A stretch of DNA of 63,469 nt, the filler included, from Saprolegnia diclina VS20 (taxonomy: Eukaryota), in the NCBI RefSeq assembly GCF_000281045.1. It is 5 parts of 2 records of this genome, joined end to end, with 100 filler letters (N's around TTAATTAATTAA, not from the genome) between each part and the next. Parts side by side here need not be neighbours in the genome. Positions count along the whole stretch, not along the records: positions 29,248 to 58,262 come from NW_008246076.1; positions 58,363 to 59,781 come from NW_008246076.1; positions 59,882 to 61,277 come from NW_008246076.1; positions 61,378 to 63,469 come from NW_008246076.1; 1 more part is not named here. One strand, 5' to 3'. This document shows, one piece after another, positions 50,289 through 62,607 of the stretch. How positions within the stretch are numbered: position 1 is the first letter of the stretch; each line of letters opens with the position of its first letter. The position numbers and the translations under genes were made by a program. The notes below the pieces were generated by a model, which worked only from the letters and a program-made list of their open reading frames with translations, did no database searches and was not told the origin of the DNA.

Positions 50289-50605
50289 ATGTGTCTTTCA
50301 TCAAATACTTCTTGCTTTATGACGTGCGCCTGTTTTGCTGAGACTAGATCGATACTAGTAGCCGAGCGGCGCTACATAGCTCTGGTTGCGCCATCCGGGT
50401 TCATCGCAGATGGCGGCAAACATGCTGCCGCTGCTTGACGTGGCACGCTCCATTGTAGATTCCAGAGAAAGGCGAAGATGTGGTCTCGTCCTAGCATCTC
50501 ATCGATCGATCACTATCGGCACCGGAAAGGCAAGCCTTTACGTACTGCGGGTTTCACTCATAGAGCGATGGCAATTGAATACAGTCAGAAAGTGTTATGT
50601 CCGTC

Positions 50606-50686
50606 GATTTCTTTAGTCTAGCGGTATAGACACTGGTTTTACGGGCAGGTAGAGCTTGGTTCGAGTCCTGGCAGTGTCACCTTTTT
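50606..50686 (+). pseudogene. tRNA-like element (pseudo-tRNA or SINE head), copy 2
   Basis: A box TAGTCTAGCGGTA with D-stem GTCT/AGAC, B box GGTTCGAGTCC, then TTTTT. Acceptor and anticodon stems pair poorly. Confidence 0.55.
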
Positions 50687-51418
50687 CCACTAATTCCAAC
50701 GTGTGCGACTGCCCCGGTTTGAGGAGTGTCTATCGTACTTTTTGGGTTGTAAAGGGGTTTCGAATCTCGTCTACTGGCATGTTTCTTGTGCATTCCACTT
50801 GGCAGATGGCTTCTACCAAGATATATAAGATCTCTTATTTACCCTTGCTTCTACCAGATGTCTTTGCACAGTTGTACAATACATATGCGCTTACATCCCT
50901 AGGTGCCTTTGTTGTGCTGCTGCTGGGTTCACGCAGGAAGCGAGCTTCGAATTCCGGTGCGCGCGAAATATATGGCAAGGAAGTATGGAGCGATGTCTCT
51001 AGCGCCTCCGTGTCACCGCAATACGCGCTATACATCGGCAAGCGTGTTGCCTGTTGATAGTACATGGAGTAGGCATTCGATTGAGCCATGATATAACGTG
51101 ATCTTGCGAAAAATCAGAGAGACTACCAACATCCTACTCGTTGATCAGCATCCGAATAGCCCCGTTCTTCGATTCAGCATACTTTAATCAAGATAGAACC
51201 GCGGTTCGAAACCATAGTGAGATCAATTAAAAACGATTGACCTGCCTTTTGGTCACCACGTATGATTCCAACCAATAGAAAGGGTACCACGGGCCTCTGG
51301 AAGCACCATGGCGCGTCGAGTTGGCGTTGGAGAGCTCTCTTGTCACACGTTTTTGCCGAAAGATCGACCATCAAGCGCCCAGAACAGACACATAAGCATT
51401 CCAGGATTCGAGGCCGCC

Positions 51419-53538
51419 ATGGCAGACTACATGATGCCCGCGAAAGACGCCACATTCAACCGACTCGAGCACTTCGACTTTCTGGGCATCCAAAAGGAGA
51501 TGACAGCGACCGACTCGCATTACTACGTGGTGGCGGCAACGTCCCGTACCAGGGTCACCAGCGTACCCATAGCTGACCCGGCACGACTCAGGAAAGAGTG
51601 CCTCCAGGAGCTACTGCACCACGACGCCAAAGGCAACATGTCGTGGTTTGACGGCGACGCGATTGAAGACGAAAACAAAAAAGTGCTCCAGCACCCCGTA
51701 ATTCGCGTCCTCATCTTGCTCAAGTGGCGCGTACGTACTAGTACGTCATTCGATCTGGGTGTTTTGCGCGCGTAGGAAGTCGAAACGACCTTTTCACGAA
51801 GGGACGTATCTTGCGAACCGTCGTAGAGCTAGCATTTTAGATCTCGACTCCTACTAAGCAACCCGCCTCACCTCACCCGAGGTCCTGGCAGTAATGAAGG
51901 CATTACGCCCATTGCCCCCTGAGCAAGCTCGCCATTGTGAAACATTGCAAATCATTTCACGTTCCTTCTTGGCGTTTGGCTGTCCATGCAGAAGACCAAA
52001 ATGCTGTAGACATCCACAAGCATGCACCGCATCATCGGGAGAAGGTACGAGATCGAGCCAAAGACCTCAATGTACTGGACCCCCATGGTCAAGAACAAGT
52101 AGAGTGTCGAGATGAGATGCCCACGTAGACGCGTATGTTGGTCGAGAACGGTGCCGTAAACTCGCAGAGCACGTATATGAGGATGAAGAAGAATGTTGGG
52201 AGCTGGATGCGGACTCGAGGTACGGCGACGTCGGCTTGCCAATTGCGAGGTCATACTGTTCTGGCCGGAACCAAACGCAACTCCCAATTGGCTCCGGTTG
52301 CAGACCAGTGTGTTGGCAATTGTGCCGTCAATCGTGTCGCCAAATTTTTCGCGCGCTGTCTTGCTTCAACCTGTCGGCCAAGTAGAGTATAATATACTAG
52401 TACTATTATAGTGTAGATTAGCCAGTAGGTACTTGATCGTGTGGCTCTCGCGACGTCTTCTGGACCCGTGACGAGCTCACTAATGTCCTCACTTTTCGCT
52501 TTGCCTTTGAGTCAACTTTTCGATTTTGATCTGTCTTGAACGAGCTCAAGCCAGCCGGTCCGTCGAGGCCTGAGTGCAGAACACATACACGGACTTGACA
52601 AAATGGCCCGGCACGGTCACGAAATACCGATACGACAACGTAGCCCGTGTCTGTTTTGTGGTATCGGGAGGGTAGATGTCGGCTGCGAGCTCGTACGTTT
52701 CGACGACGAAAAAGTAGAGCGCCAAGAGCCCGACAAACGCCTCCCAGTTGAGGCACTGGCGAAGCGGCTTGTACGCACATTGGAGGCCACCCACGGTGCA
52801 GCCAAGCACGGCGATCGCAACGCAGGCGCAGAGAAACTTGGTATTCCATACGACAAATCACGTCGTAATGACTGCAATAATGAGGAACGAGCACGTTGTA
52901 AGCCACACGAGGAGGAGGTCATCGTACATGAACGCGGGCGCGACGCCGAGGCCCATTGAGAGCGAGAGTGCTATAGTAAAAAGGAGAAGCCAAAAAAGGA
53001 GCTGCTCGCAATACTGGTCGATCCAGTGCACGTACACGTGTGCGTACTACCTCCTCTTCAAGAGCCAAGGCGAGAACGACAAATTCGCGCCATATACCGC
53101 TCGAAAGCTTTATGACGACGTACCTCGTCACATTTACGCAGATCAATCTCGAGCCGTTCCAAGCCTTGACATCGCCGGCCGCATAAATTTATGTGCTTGG
53201 CTACCTTCTCTTGCTCTCGCACGCAACCATCGTCATCGTGATGCTCCTCAACGTCCTCATTGCGATGATGAACACGACCATAGGTGTCCACATGGACAAA
53301 GCCAAAGTCGAGGCGTGCGTCACGTTCGCCGAGTGCGTCTTGCGCTTGGAGAAGGTCGAGACGTTTACAACATCGGACGACGACTGGATGCAGACGTTGG
53401 GAGCCAACCAAGGCGACACCTTTCACACCGTCCTCGAGGAAACGGCACAATGCGGTACGAGTCAATCAACCAAGATTCGCTCGCGACGCCATTGCCAAGT
53501 TGAGCGAAATCAAGCCGCTACCGCGTGAACGAAAATGA
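51419..53538 (+). pseudogene. TRP-like channel C, disrupted by an internal ~1 kb inversion and frameshifts
   Basis: Exon 1 (VLQHPVIRVLILLKWR) and the 3' part (YWSIQC...IVIVMLLNVLIAMMN) read on +, while the middle (YCEQL... to ...YLLPMMRCMLVDVYSILVF) reads on - at ~51990-53012. Confidence 0.85.
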
Positions 53539-55152
53539 AGGATTTGTGTTGTCGCTGTACCGGACGCCCGCAGTCGGACGGCGCAAGCCCACATGCTCAC
53601 TTGGAAGCAGGACCGACGGCTCGGCCAAGCACAAATGATCGTTGAGTAGATACAACGCATGCCCAGATATGGGTCACATTAAGTTCATATCCAAGCTACG
53701 CGTTTTAATTTCAATCTCAATTCGAGACTGCTTTGCCAGTTTGCCCTTTGAGTTTGCCGTCGGGATGACGCTGCCGTATCTATGCACGTGCTGCCGCAGC
53801 AGCGATCGACGAAGAAGAATCCACGGAAGTGCGAGGATGCTTTCTGCGTCTGACGTGGCCACTGAATAGCGCACTCGACCAGCACGACACGACAACGTCA
53901 GCCCAAGATCTTTGCGAGGTCGGACGGTCAACGTCCACCGCCACTGGTCCACACGACCGTGGGTTCACGCCGAGCGTTTATATGCACCGACGTCCGCGGA
54001 TCATGTCGGAAGTTCCTTTCAGATCTGAGTCACCTTGCGATGCCGCGCCTCGTCGCGCACTTGCGTCTGCCTCCGCGTGCCTGCTTGCATGGCCGCAGTG
54101 CGATGGCCACGACCTCGGGTGCTCGCGATGCACCAAACCCGGCGGGCGGCGCACGTCGACCGCCCATGGCACATCCTGCGGCGTCATCCGGCCGCGCCAG
54201 CTGGCTTTTTCCACATCCCATGTGCCAGCGAACGGGTTCATGGATCTTGCGCCGCCGCCGCCATCGTCCGTCGACTCGACGACGTACAAGTACACGGTAC
54301 GATGCATATCCATGACTACGACGACGCAGACTGCCCATCGCAGTCGGCGCCGATTCTCGAATGGTCGAATGATCGGGTGCGCGGACCGACGTCATCTCAT
54401 GTGCAGGGCGATGTGGCCAATCGGAAGTTGGATGTCGAACGTCGCTCGTCTTCCGACACGCGAGCTCCGGATGTTTTTGCGGCCAGATCGAAATGCGACG
54501 GCCGGCTTCACCGACGCAGCCAATCTGACCCCACGCTTGAAAATCACCCAAAAGAGGACGCCCACCATGTGCGCGATCTTCTTGTTCCATTGCCACGTCC
54601 ATCGGACCACGTAGAAAGTGCAAACTCGCCAAGAGCGCCAGGTACCAGATGCGAGCGTCAGCACAGCGAACGCGCTTGTTCCATCTCGCCCGAAATGCTG
54701 GCGCGCAATGGCTGGTCGCGAGCCCACGTTGAAGCCCGTCCGATCACTTCGCCAATAGCAAGCCACGCGTGGCCAGCTGGCGGCCGCACAGAAACGACCG
54801 CGCCGATTTTTGTCCCCAAATTCACCTGAATCCTCTCAGAGTTGATATGCGCGCGTGCCACAGTGGGAGGCATCGCCAACGACAGGCGCCGACGCGCCGC
54901 GGCGGCCTTTCTACCTCTCACAATCGATCTTTGGCAACCCCAGACCTACTTCCTCGCCGCCGGGCGCGACAGCCATTAAGCTTGGTCTTTGTATGCAGTA
55001 TACGGAACCCAAGTGCAATAAGATTCGCCAGTTGAGAAAAACTGGGATTTGCGATCCGAAAGTTGATTTGGTTTCAGTATACGTGGCACGCTTCAAGTGC
55101 AATCTGGCCGACGTTGCCATTTCCGTTTTTGCTTCGTATCAACAAGGTCGAA

Positions 55153-56730
55153 ATGGTTGCCAACGCGACTGCCAAGGTGGCCGCGGTTGTCGCCGCCGGC
55201 GCCTCGGACGCCTCGGCCTTTGGCCTCATCATTGGCGCGTGCGTCTTTGGCCTCCTCTTCGCGGGCTTCCTCTTCTGGCAAGTGTCCAAGATCCAGGTCA
55301 CGCGCCGCGGCGAGACGTACGAGCTCCTCTCGCAGGAGTCGCGCGGCCAGACCGCCGACCGCCTCTTTGAGATCTACACGGCCATCCAGCAGGGTGCCAA
55401 GGCCTTCCTCCTCGCCGAGTACACGCTCTGCTTTGGCTTCATCGTCGTGTTTGGCGTTGTCGTGCTCGTCCTCACCTCGTTTGTCAACAAGCCCGACCAG
55501 ACGTTCGACTGGACGGTCGGTGCCTTGACGGCCACGGCCTTTGCCGTCGGTGGCCTCACCTCGATCGTCGCCGGCTACATTGGCATGATGGTCGCTGTCT
55601 ACTCGAACGCCCGCACCACGGTCTCGGCCATGAAGGAGGGCGCCGATGGCTGGCGCGAGTCGTTCAACACGGCCTTCCGCGCCGGTGGTGTCATGGGCTA
55701 CGCGCTCACGTCGCTCGCGCTCATCGTGCTCTTCGTGCTCATCTTGGCCTTCGAGACGGTCTACCCGCTCGCCACGGATGCCAAGCGCCTCTTTGAAGCC
55801 GTCGCCGGCTACGGTCTCGGCGGTTCGTCGATTGCCCTCTTCGGCCGTGTCGGCGGTGGTATCTACACCAAGGCCGCCGATGTCGGCGCCGATCTTGCCG
55901 GCAAGGTCGTCGAGAACATCCCGGAGGACGACCCGCGCAACCCCGCCACGATTGCCGACAACGTCGGTGACAACGTCGGTGACGTCGCCGGTATGGGCTC
56001 GGATCTTTTCGGCTCGCTCGCCGAAGCCACGTGCGCTGCGCTTGTCATCTCGACGCAGTCGTCGGCCATCATCAAGGCTGGCTGGGCCGCCACGCTCTTC
56101 CCGCTTGAGATCACGGCCGTCGGTATCTTTGTCTCTGCCGCCACGTCGTTCCTTGCCACCAACGTCTGGCCCGTCAAGAAGGAGGCCGATGTCGAGCGTG
56201 TCCTCAAGATCCAGCTCTTCGTCGCCACGACGCTCATGACGATCCTCATTGCGCCGCTCGCCAACGCTGTCCTCCCCGCCAAGTTTGTCATTGCCGGCGC
56301 CGTCTCGTACGAGGCCACGCCCTACACGGCCTTTGGCTGCGTCGCTGTCGGCCTCTGGGGCGGCTGCATTGTCGGCTTTGTCACCGAGTACTTCACGTCG
56401 CACTCGTACACGCCCGTGCGTGAAGTCGCCCAGTCGTGCGAGACTGGCGCCGCCACCAACATCATCTACGGTCTTGCCCTCGGCTACAAGTCGGCCATCA
56501 TCCCGATCACGATCATCTCGATCGCTGTCTACGTTGGCTTCTCGGCCGCCGGCATGTACGGTGTCGCCCTTGCTGCCCTCGGCTTCCTCGGCACGCTCGC
56601 GACCTGCCTCGCCATTGACGTCTACGGCCCCATCTGCGATAACGCTGGTGGCATCGCCGAGATGGCCGAGCTCCCCGCTGAGGTCCGCGACAAGACGGAC
56701 GCGCTTGACGCTGCCGGCAACACGACCGCT

Positions 56731-56769
<39 letters not shown>

Positions 56770-57456
56770 GTCTCGCTCGCCCTCTTCGGTGGCTTTGTCA
56801 CGCGCATTGAAGAGACGTCGATCAACATCCTGTCGCCCATCACGTTTGCTGGCCTCTTCATGGGCGCCATGCTCCCGTACTGGTTCACGGCCATGACGAT
56901 GAAGTCGGTCGGTGTCGCCGCCATGGAAATGGTCAAGGAAGTCAAGCACCAGTTCGCCACGATCCCGGGTCTCCTCGAGGGCCTCCCCGGCCACGGCCCC
57001 CCGGACCATGCCCGCTGCATCAAGATCTCGACGGACGCCTCGCTCCGCGAAATGATCCCTCCGGGTCTCCTTGTCATCCTCTCGCCGATCATCGCCGGTA
57101 CCTTCTTTGGCACGCGCGCGGTCTCGGGTCTCCTTGTCGGTGCGCTCACCTCGGGCGTCCAGCTCGCCATCTCGCAGTCCAACACGGGCGGCGCGTGGGA
57201 CAACGCCAAGAAGTACGTCGAGAAGGGCTGCGTCTCGATCGAGGACAAGGACGGCAAGCTCATTGTCCAGGGCAAGGGCTCGGCCATCCACAAGGCCGCT
57301 GTCATCGGTGACACGGTCGGTGACCCGCTCAAGGACACGTCGGGCCCCGCGCTCAACATCTTGATGAAGCTCATGGCCATCATCTCGCTCGTCTTTGGCG
57401 ACTTCTTCAAGTCGATCAACAACGGCCGCGGTCTCCTCAACATCTCGGACAACTAA
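55153..57456 (+). CDS. Membrane H+-translocating inorganic pyrophosphatase (V-PPase), K+-dependent type, intronless
   Basis: GGIYTKAADVGADLAGKVVENIPEDDPRN, DNVGDNVGD, GDTVGDPLKDTSGP. GNTTAA (Ala, not Lys) marks the K+-dependent class. Confidence 0.96.
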
Positions 57457-58079
57457 GCTAGTCTTACGCGTCGTGTCGACTACGACTCGCGAGTATAACG
57501 GAGTTAGATATCCCTTTTTTGTCACTTGAACGACTTGGTTTTCGAGCTGGTGGGCATCGACTAACTACTAGTACGTCAGTCAGTACCTATCCAACTACTG
57601 TATCTGACGTGCTCGATCCTACAGATCGCTGTAAGGCGGCTTGCTGCCCGACGACCAAATCCTTGGGAGCTCGGTGCAGTTGACGCTGCTTCGATATCCC
57701 GGCACGCAGACAAGCTTGACAGATCTGCGGCTCTTCGAGTCAGACGAGCGATGCACGCTTGATGATTGGGCCTGGCGCGACCAAACCACTGCTCTGACGT
57801 ACATGCTCATTGAAACGGGACGCCGTGCTATCCAAAGCCAACGGGGCATACCATGGGGGCATACTGTGAATTCTTGCTCGAGCCTGGTGAGCTTGGTCTC
57901 CCTGACGCTCTTGACCGGTTGGTACTAGCAGGTGTCTCCGTCACACGAGCACACGGTCGGGACGCCAAGCGAGTTAGAGATACACAAGCATGTTGATTGA
58001 AAACGAATTGAGGCTTTGGCCCTGTCGGCTTCAACCCAGGCCGTCATGGCGACGAAGACGCTGCTCAGCTCTCTGTATC

Positions 58080-58262
58080 TTAGCACTCGGCAACTGGCGG
58101 CTCGTCCTCGATCGTCGTTGGCACGTTCTTGACACTGGCCGTCGCCATGTCCAGAGACTGCGGCCGGGTCGACTTGACGGCGACGACGGCCGCCGCGATG
58201 GCCGCCACGAGCGCGACGCCGGCCACCGCCATGATCGCGGCGCTGCTCAGCATCACGCCCGA
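58080..58262 (-). CDS. C-terminal fragment of a membrane-anchored protein (5' part lost in gap)
   Basis: ...AAIMAVAGVALVAAIAAAVVAVKSTRPQSL...PPVAEC*: a hydrophobic helix plus short tail with strong host codon bias. Confidence 0.6.
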   Translation of the reverse strand, partial: SGVMLSSAAIMAVAGVALVAAIAAAVVAVKSTRPQSLDMATASVKNVPTTIEDEPPVAEC

Positions 58263-58362
58263 NNNNNNNNNNNNNNNNNNNNNNNNNNNNNNNNNNNNNN
58301 NNNNNNTTAATTAATTAANNNNNNNNNNNNNNNNNNNNNNNNNNNNNNNNNNNNNNNNNNNN

Positions 58363-59781
58363 GTGTATTTAGAGCCGATCCTGCGCAACGGCAACCAAGG
58401 AGATCTCGAGAAATGTTGGGGTGCGTCACTGACAATCGGTGTCTTTGACTATCTCGAGACCACACAGTACGGTCAGATGTGGCAGCAGTCACTCCGCCGC
58501 CCTCCGCTCTCGATTGCCGACGAAACCATCTACTGGCAAACGCACGGTCTCCGCTTCTACGAGACCCAGTGGCAAAACTACAAGTCGCTCGGCGTCATCG
58601 AAACGTACTCGGTGGCCAACGCGCTGGGCTTTGCGTATCCTCTCACAATCAAGTCGTCCAACGGGTCGCTGCACACGACGCAGCAGACGTCGTTCAAGAT
58701 GCAATGGCCGCTCGCGAGTCTGCTCTGGGCAATCACAGGCAACAGCAGTGGTCTTTCTGGGAGCAGTCTAGTGCGTCAGAGCCCTCGATTTGCGTTTGCC
58801 AATCGAACGATCGCGTCGGTCTTGGCCAGAAACGGGTCCCTGACTTACCCACTGGACATCGCCTTTGACATCGTCGAGCGTACGCTTGGCCCCTTCGGTA
58901 CTATCTCGATGCGCCGCGTGGCGTATCCGGACGTGCTCGTCAACTGGAGTCGGTCGCTCACAGCCCGTTTCAGCGCCGATATGGTGCTCGCAAGCGCTGC
59001 CGCCATAGCGGCATACGAAGCGTTCCCAGGCGACGTCACGCTGCCTGTCTGGCCCAGCGCATGGGCGTACGAGACGTTTGTCGGCGGCGACTTCATGTGC
59101 CCGACGCAGTCCAATATGACGTCCATGTGCATGCTCTATTCGATGCAAGGCGCGTGCTCGGTCAACATGCAAGACGTCGTGAGCATCGACCTCAGTGCAA
59201 GCAGTCTCGCGCTCTTGGCGGTCGGTCCCGACGTGAACATCACGCGCACGTGCGACGGTGCTGCCCAGCAAGAGACCGCGACGTGCCTCATGCTTCTCGG
59301 TGCCACGACTGCCTTTTTGAACGAGCGGTATACACAGCAGCAACGCATCGAAATGGCGACAGCGTCGACGGCCGTGTCGACCTACTTTGCAAAGGAGCTA
59401 CCACTCGTGCTGCTTCAGTTCCTTCGCCAACCCAACCAAACGGTTCTCCTCGCGCAGTCGTTGCTCTTGGACCCGAACGACGTTGGGTTTCATGTGTTTG
59501 GGTATCTCTACCTCCTCGAGTGGCTCAACGGCGTGCGGGAAGTCGTTGCTTTTGACGGCGTACTTGGCAATATCACAGCGCTCTCGGGGCGCAATGCTGT
59601 GCACAAGGGACCCGTCAATCCGCTCGAAGTTCCAGTCAACGTTGCCTACTACGCCCGCTGCGTGCTCCTCTACGTCTCGGGCGTTCTCTTTATCGTCACG
59701 GCGACGGCGTCGGGCTACATTGCGGTGAGCCGCGGCCACATTGAAGGCAAGAATATGCTCGCAGTCAACCGTGTCACGGGC
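58363..59781 (+). CDS. Internal fragment of a large oomycete transmembrane protein of unknown function
   Basis: Frame open across the whole contig (~470 codons); WQNYKSLGVIE, YLLEWLNGVREVVAFDG, a TM helix, NMLAVNRV and many N-glycosylation sequons. Resembles, from memory, a family expanded in Saprolegniales. Confidence 0.75.
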
Positions 59782-61943
59782 NNNNNNNNNNNNNNNNNNN
59801 NNNNNNNNNNNNNNNNNNNNNNNNNTTAATTAATTAANNNNNNNNNNNNNNNNNNNNNNNNNNNNNNNNNNNNNNNNNNNNTGGCAATGGAACTTCAACT
59901 CGGTCAAGGACGTCTACGCCACGTGCTGGGAAGCCCGCGTCCGCGCCTAGGTAAGAGAACGCGAGGTGTCTAGGATAATCGACTAATATCAACTTGACTC
60001 TGGTTGCATTTTGTCATCGTGGTTGTACCAGCTCTTTCGAAATCACACGATAGCCTTGGCGATTCGAATGCCTAGCAGTCGGATCGTGTGGCCATCAACT
60101 TGGCTCAGTATTGGGGTGTCTATCTATCTATCCAAGTTGAAGATGAAAGGTGCCACGCTTCACACGAGAGAGCGCCACGTCATGTAACCGTCAACATATC
60201 CCACTCTGCTAGGAACAGACCAATTCGAAGCTGCCCTGCAAAAGACTTCAACACGATACTTTCAACACAATAGCACAGAATGTCTTGGAGCAGCGTTGGA
60301 CAGTTGTCGAGAGACCAAGGGGACGTGACGCAGGATCTTGGATCCATGCGCAACCACCGGCGGTGGAATCTAGAAGCATTTAGCGATAATGTCATCTTCC
60401 AAGCGGTACCCAAAGCACACGCACGACCTAGGTATCCAGCACGACGGTTCATAACCGGAAATCATACCTTCTCGGCCTTTTGGCTAAGATCAAGTGTAGT
60501 ATCTGTTCTAATCAGTGTGAAAACTGATTTCCACACTTCGGTGTGGTTTTTNNNNNNNNNNNNNNNNNNNNNNNNNNNNNNNNNNNNNNNNNNNNNNNNN
60601 NNNNNNNNNNNNNNNNNNNNNNNNNNNNNNNNNNNNNNNNNNNNNNNNNNNGAACCATTGCGTTTGGAAAGGGGACCGGCTAAAATGAACTTTTGCCGTC
60701 CCGAACAACGCAATGAGTGACTGAGCAGGTGTTTTTGCGACCAGCACAACCAGTCGACCAGGAGGCTCTTTGCTTCGACAGACTCTCTTGACTAGACCAC
60801 AGTGCGTTGAGGCCTTGTGTGCCAAGCTAGCTAGTAGCATGGCTGGTAGCGATCGTGGTGGTTGAATGCTTCGACATGGTCCGAATTGGCACAAAGAGTA
60901 CCAAAAAATGATTCGATTTGAGTATGCTCCCTTTCTTGAAACAGTGTATGAAGCCAAAAGCCTAGTTTGTCCGATTTAGACACGATACATCCGAAATGAA
61001 AAATAGAATATCAATCTGTCTGAATTATTCGTGGACATTTATCGACAGCGTATGCGGATACAGCTGGTGGTATGCGGATGTGTACGCGCCGTGCTCGAAT
61101 CGTGTCGTTTGATTCGACGCTTGAACGGTGCCGAGTTGGCCATCCCAAGGAACGCAAATTGCACCGTGAAAATGGACCTGAAATGTACGACATAGCAACC
61201 GCAGCGAACGATGCCCTTTCTAGAAATTAAGACCGTGCGTATAGAGGCCGCGCGCCATCCACGCAGGCAACGCCCGCNNNNNNNNNNNNNNNNNNNNNNN
61301 NNNNNNNNNNNNNNNNNNNNNTTAATTAATTAANNNNNNNNNNNNNNNNNNNNNNNNNNNNNNNNNNNNNNNNNNNNCTAGTGCATCGGAAGGTATCACT
61401 GGCTCCACGCACACAGAAGAAATGCACTGGGAATCCAAGCTCGGGTAATACACTCGCAATTCAAGCTAGTTGTTGTTGCATGGACGCAGTGATTGACGAG
61501 TGAGCCAAGCGCGCAGACAACCTAACCACTGCGACGCCATTGTGTTCTTGATCAAACAATAGGAGAGCTACTAGGACCCGCTTTCGAAATTCCAGCGTAA
61601 ACGAGCCGAGAATTACGTCGCAATTTGAGTCAGCCTTTCGTCTTCTATGGGATCCTCTGAGTCGACTCGAAGATTTTTCCCACGGTAGGACGCCCACGGT
61701 GGGCCGTTTGATCGGGAATCACGGGACCACTGTTGGTACGACTCTCCGCGAACACTATTAGTAGATGTGCAGTAGGACCTCACGACACCGCTCACTGGCT
61801 CCATGGCAAGCGCGGTGGACTATTCTTTTTCATGGCCAACCCATNNNNNNNNNNNNNNNNNNNNNNNNNNNNNNNNNNNNNNNNNNNNNNNNNNNNNNNN
61901 NNNNNNNNNNNNNNNNNNNNNNNNNNNNNNNNNNNNNNNNNNN

Positions 61944-62212
61944 NTAGCCCAGCAGCAGTGCCGCCACCGCGCCGCCGTCGCCAGAAGACACCAGAGCAAA
62001 TGGAACTGAGTCGGCGACGCGCAAAAACGTACTACCGCCTGCATCGCGACAAGGTCCTCGCCAAGCTCAAGGCACGCTACGAGCAAAACTTTGAGGCAGA
62101 GCGCGCTCGGCGGCGAGAGAGCTACGCGCAGGCCCAATCCAAGAAACGCAGCACCCAACCACTGGACCAACCTCGAGAGCACGCGCTTTCACTTGCCTTT
62201 ATTCTCAATTGA
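61944..62212 (+). CDS. Small basic helical protein, 5' end in gap
   Basis: ...RRRAKTYYRLHRDKVLAKLKARYEQNFEAERARRRESY...LSLAFILN*; host-like codon usage. Confidence 0.55.
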
Positions 62213-62293
62213 GATCCCTCTTTGTTTATATGATGATCTTATTGACTCGACTGGAACTCTAGCTCAAAAGCTCATCGTGTACAAAAGCGTGCA

Positions 62294-62607
62294 AGTGCTG
62301 GCTGCCAAGGCGCTCGACGGCCCCCACAATTGTGATCTCTCACTAGGTATTTACTCTCTCAAAGATAGACACTCGTAGAGGTTCATAGGCTGTATAGTGG
62401 NNNNNNNNNNNNNNNNNNNNNNNNNNNNNNNNNNNNNNNNNNNNNNNNNNNNNNNNNNNNNNNNNNNNNNNNNNNNNNNNNNNNNNNNNNNNNNNNNNNN
62501 AGTGCTGGCTGCCAAGGCGCTCGACGGCCCCCACAATTGTGATCTCTCACTAGGTATTTACTCTCTCAAAGATAGACACTCGTAGAGGTTCATAGGCTGT
62601 ATAGTGG
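62294..62607. other. Identical 107 bp on both sides of a 100-N gap (unmerged contig overlap)
   Basis: 62294-62400 equals 62501-62607. Confidence 0.85.

Noticed and set aside
53829..54829. Possible two-exon gene upstream of the H+-PPase (intron-like 54297-54343)
   Set aside because: Overlapping ORFs in several frames, weak codon bias and no motif; cannot be supported without RNA-seq.
55093..57525. 810-aa antisense ORF over the H+-PPase, and similar ones at 801-1829, 2719-3573, 24905-26416 and 28114-29070
   Set aside because: Shadow ORFs: strong GC3 codon bias leaves few stops on the opposite strand, and they show no recognisable motifs.
62294..62607. Direct repeat flanking a gap as an LTR or CRISPR-like repeat
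   Set aside because: Exact copies abut a standard 100-N gap, typical of an unmerged contig overlap. No CRISPR array or cas gene was seen anywhere in the window.
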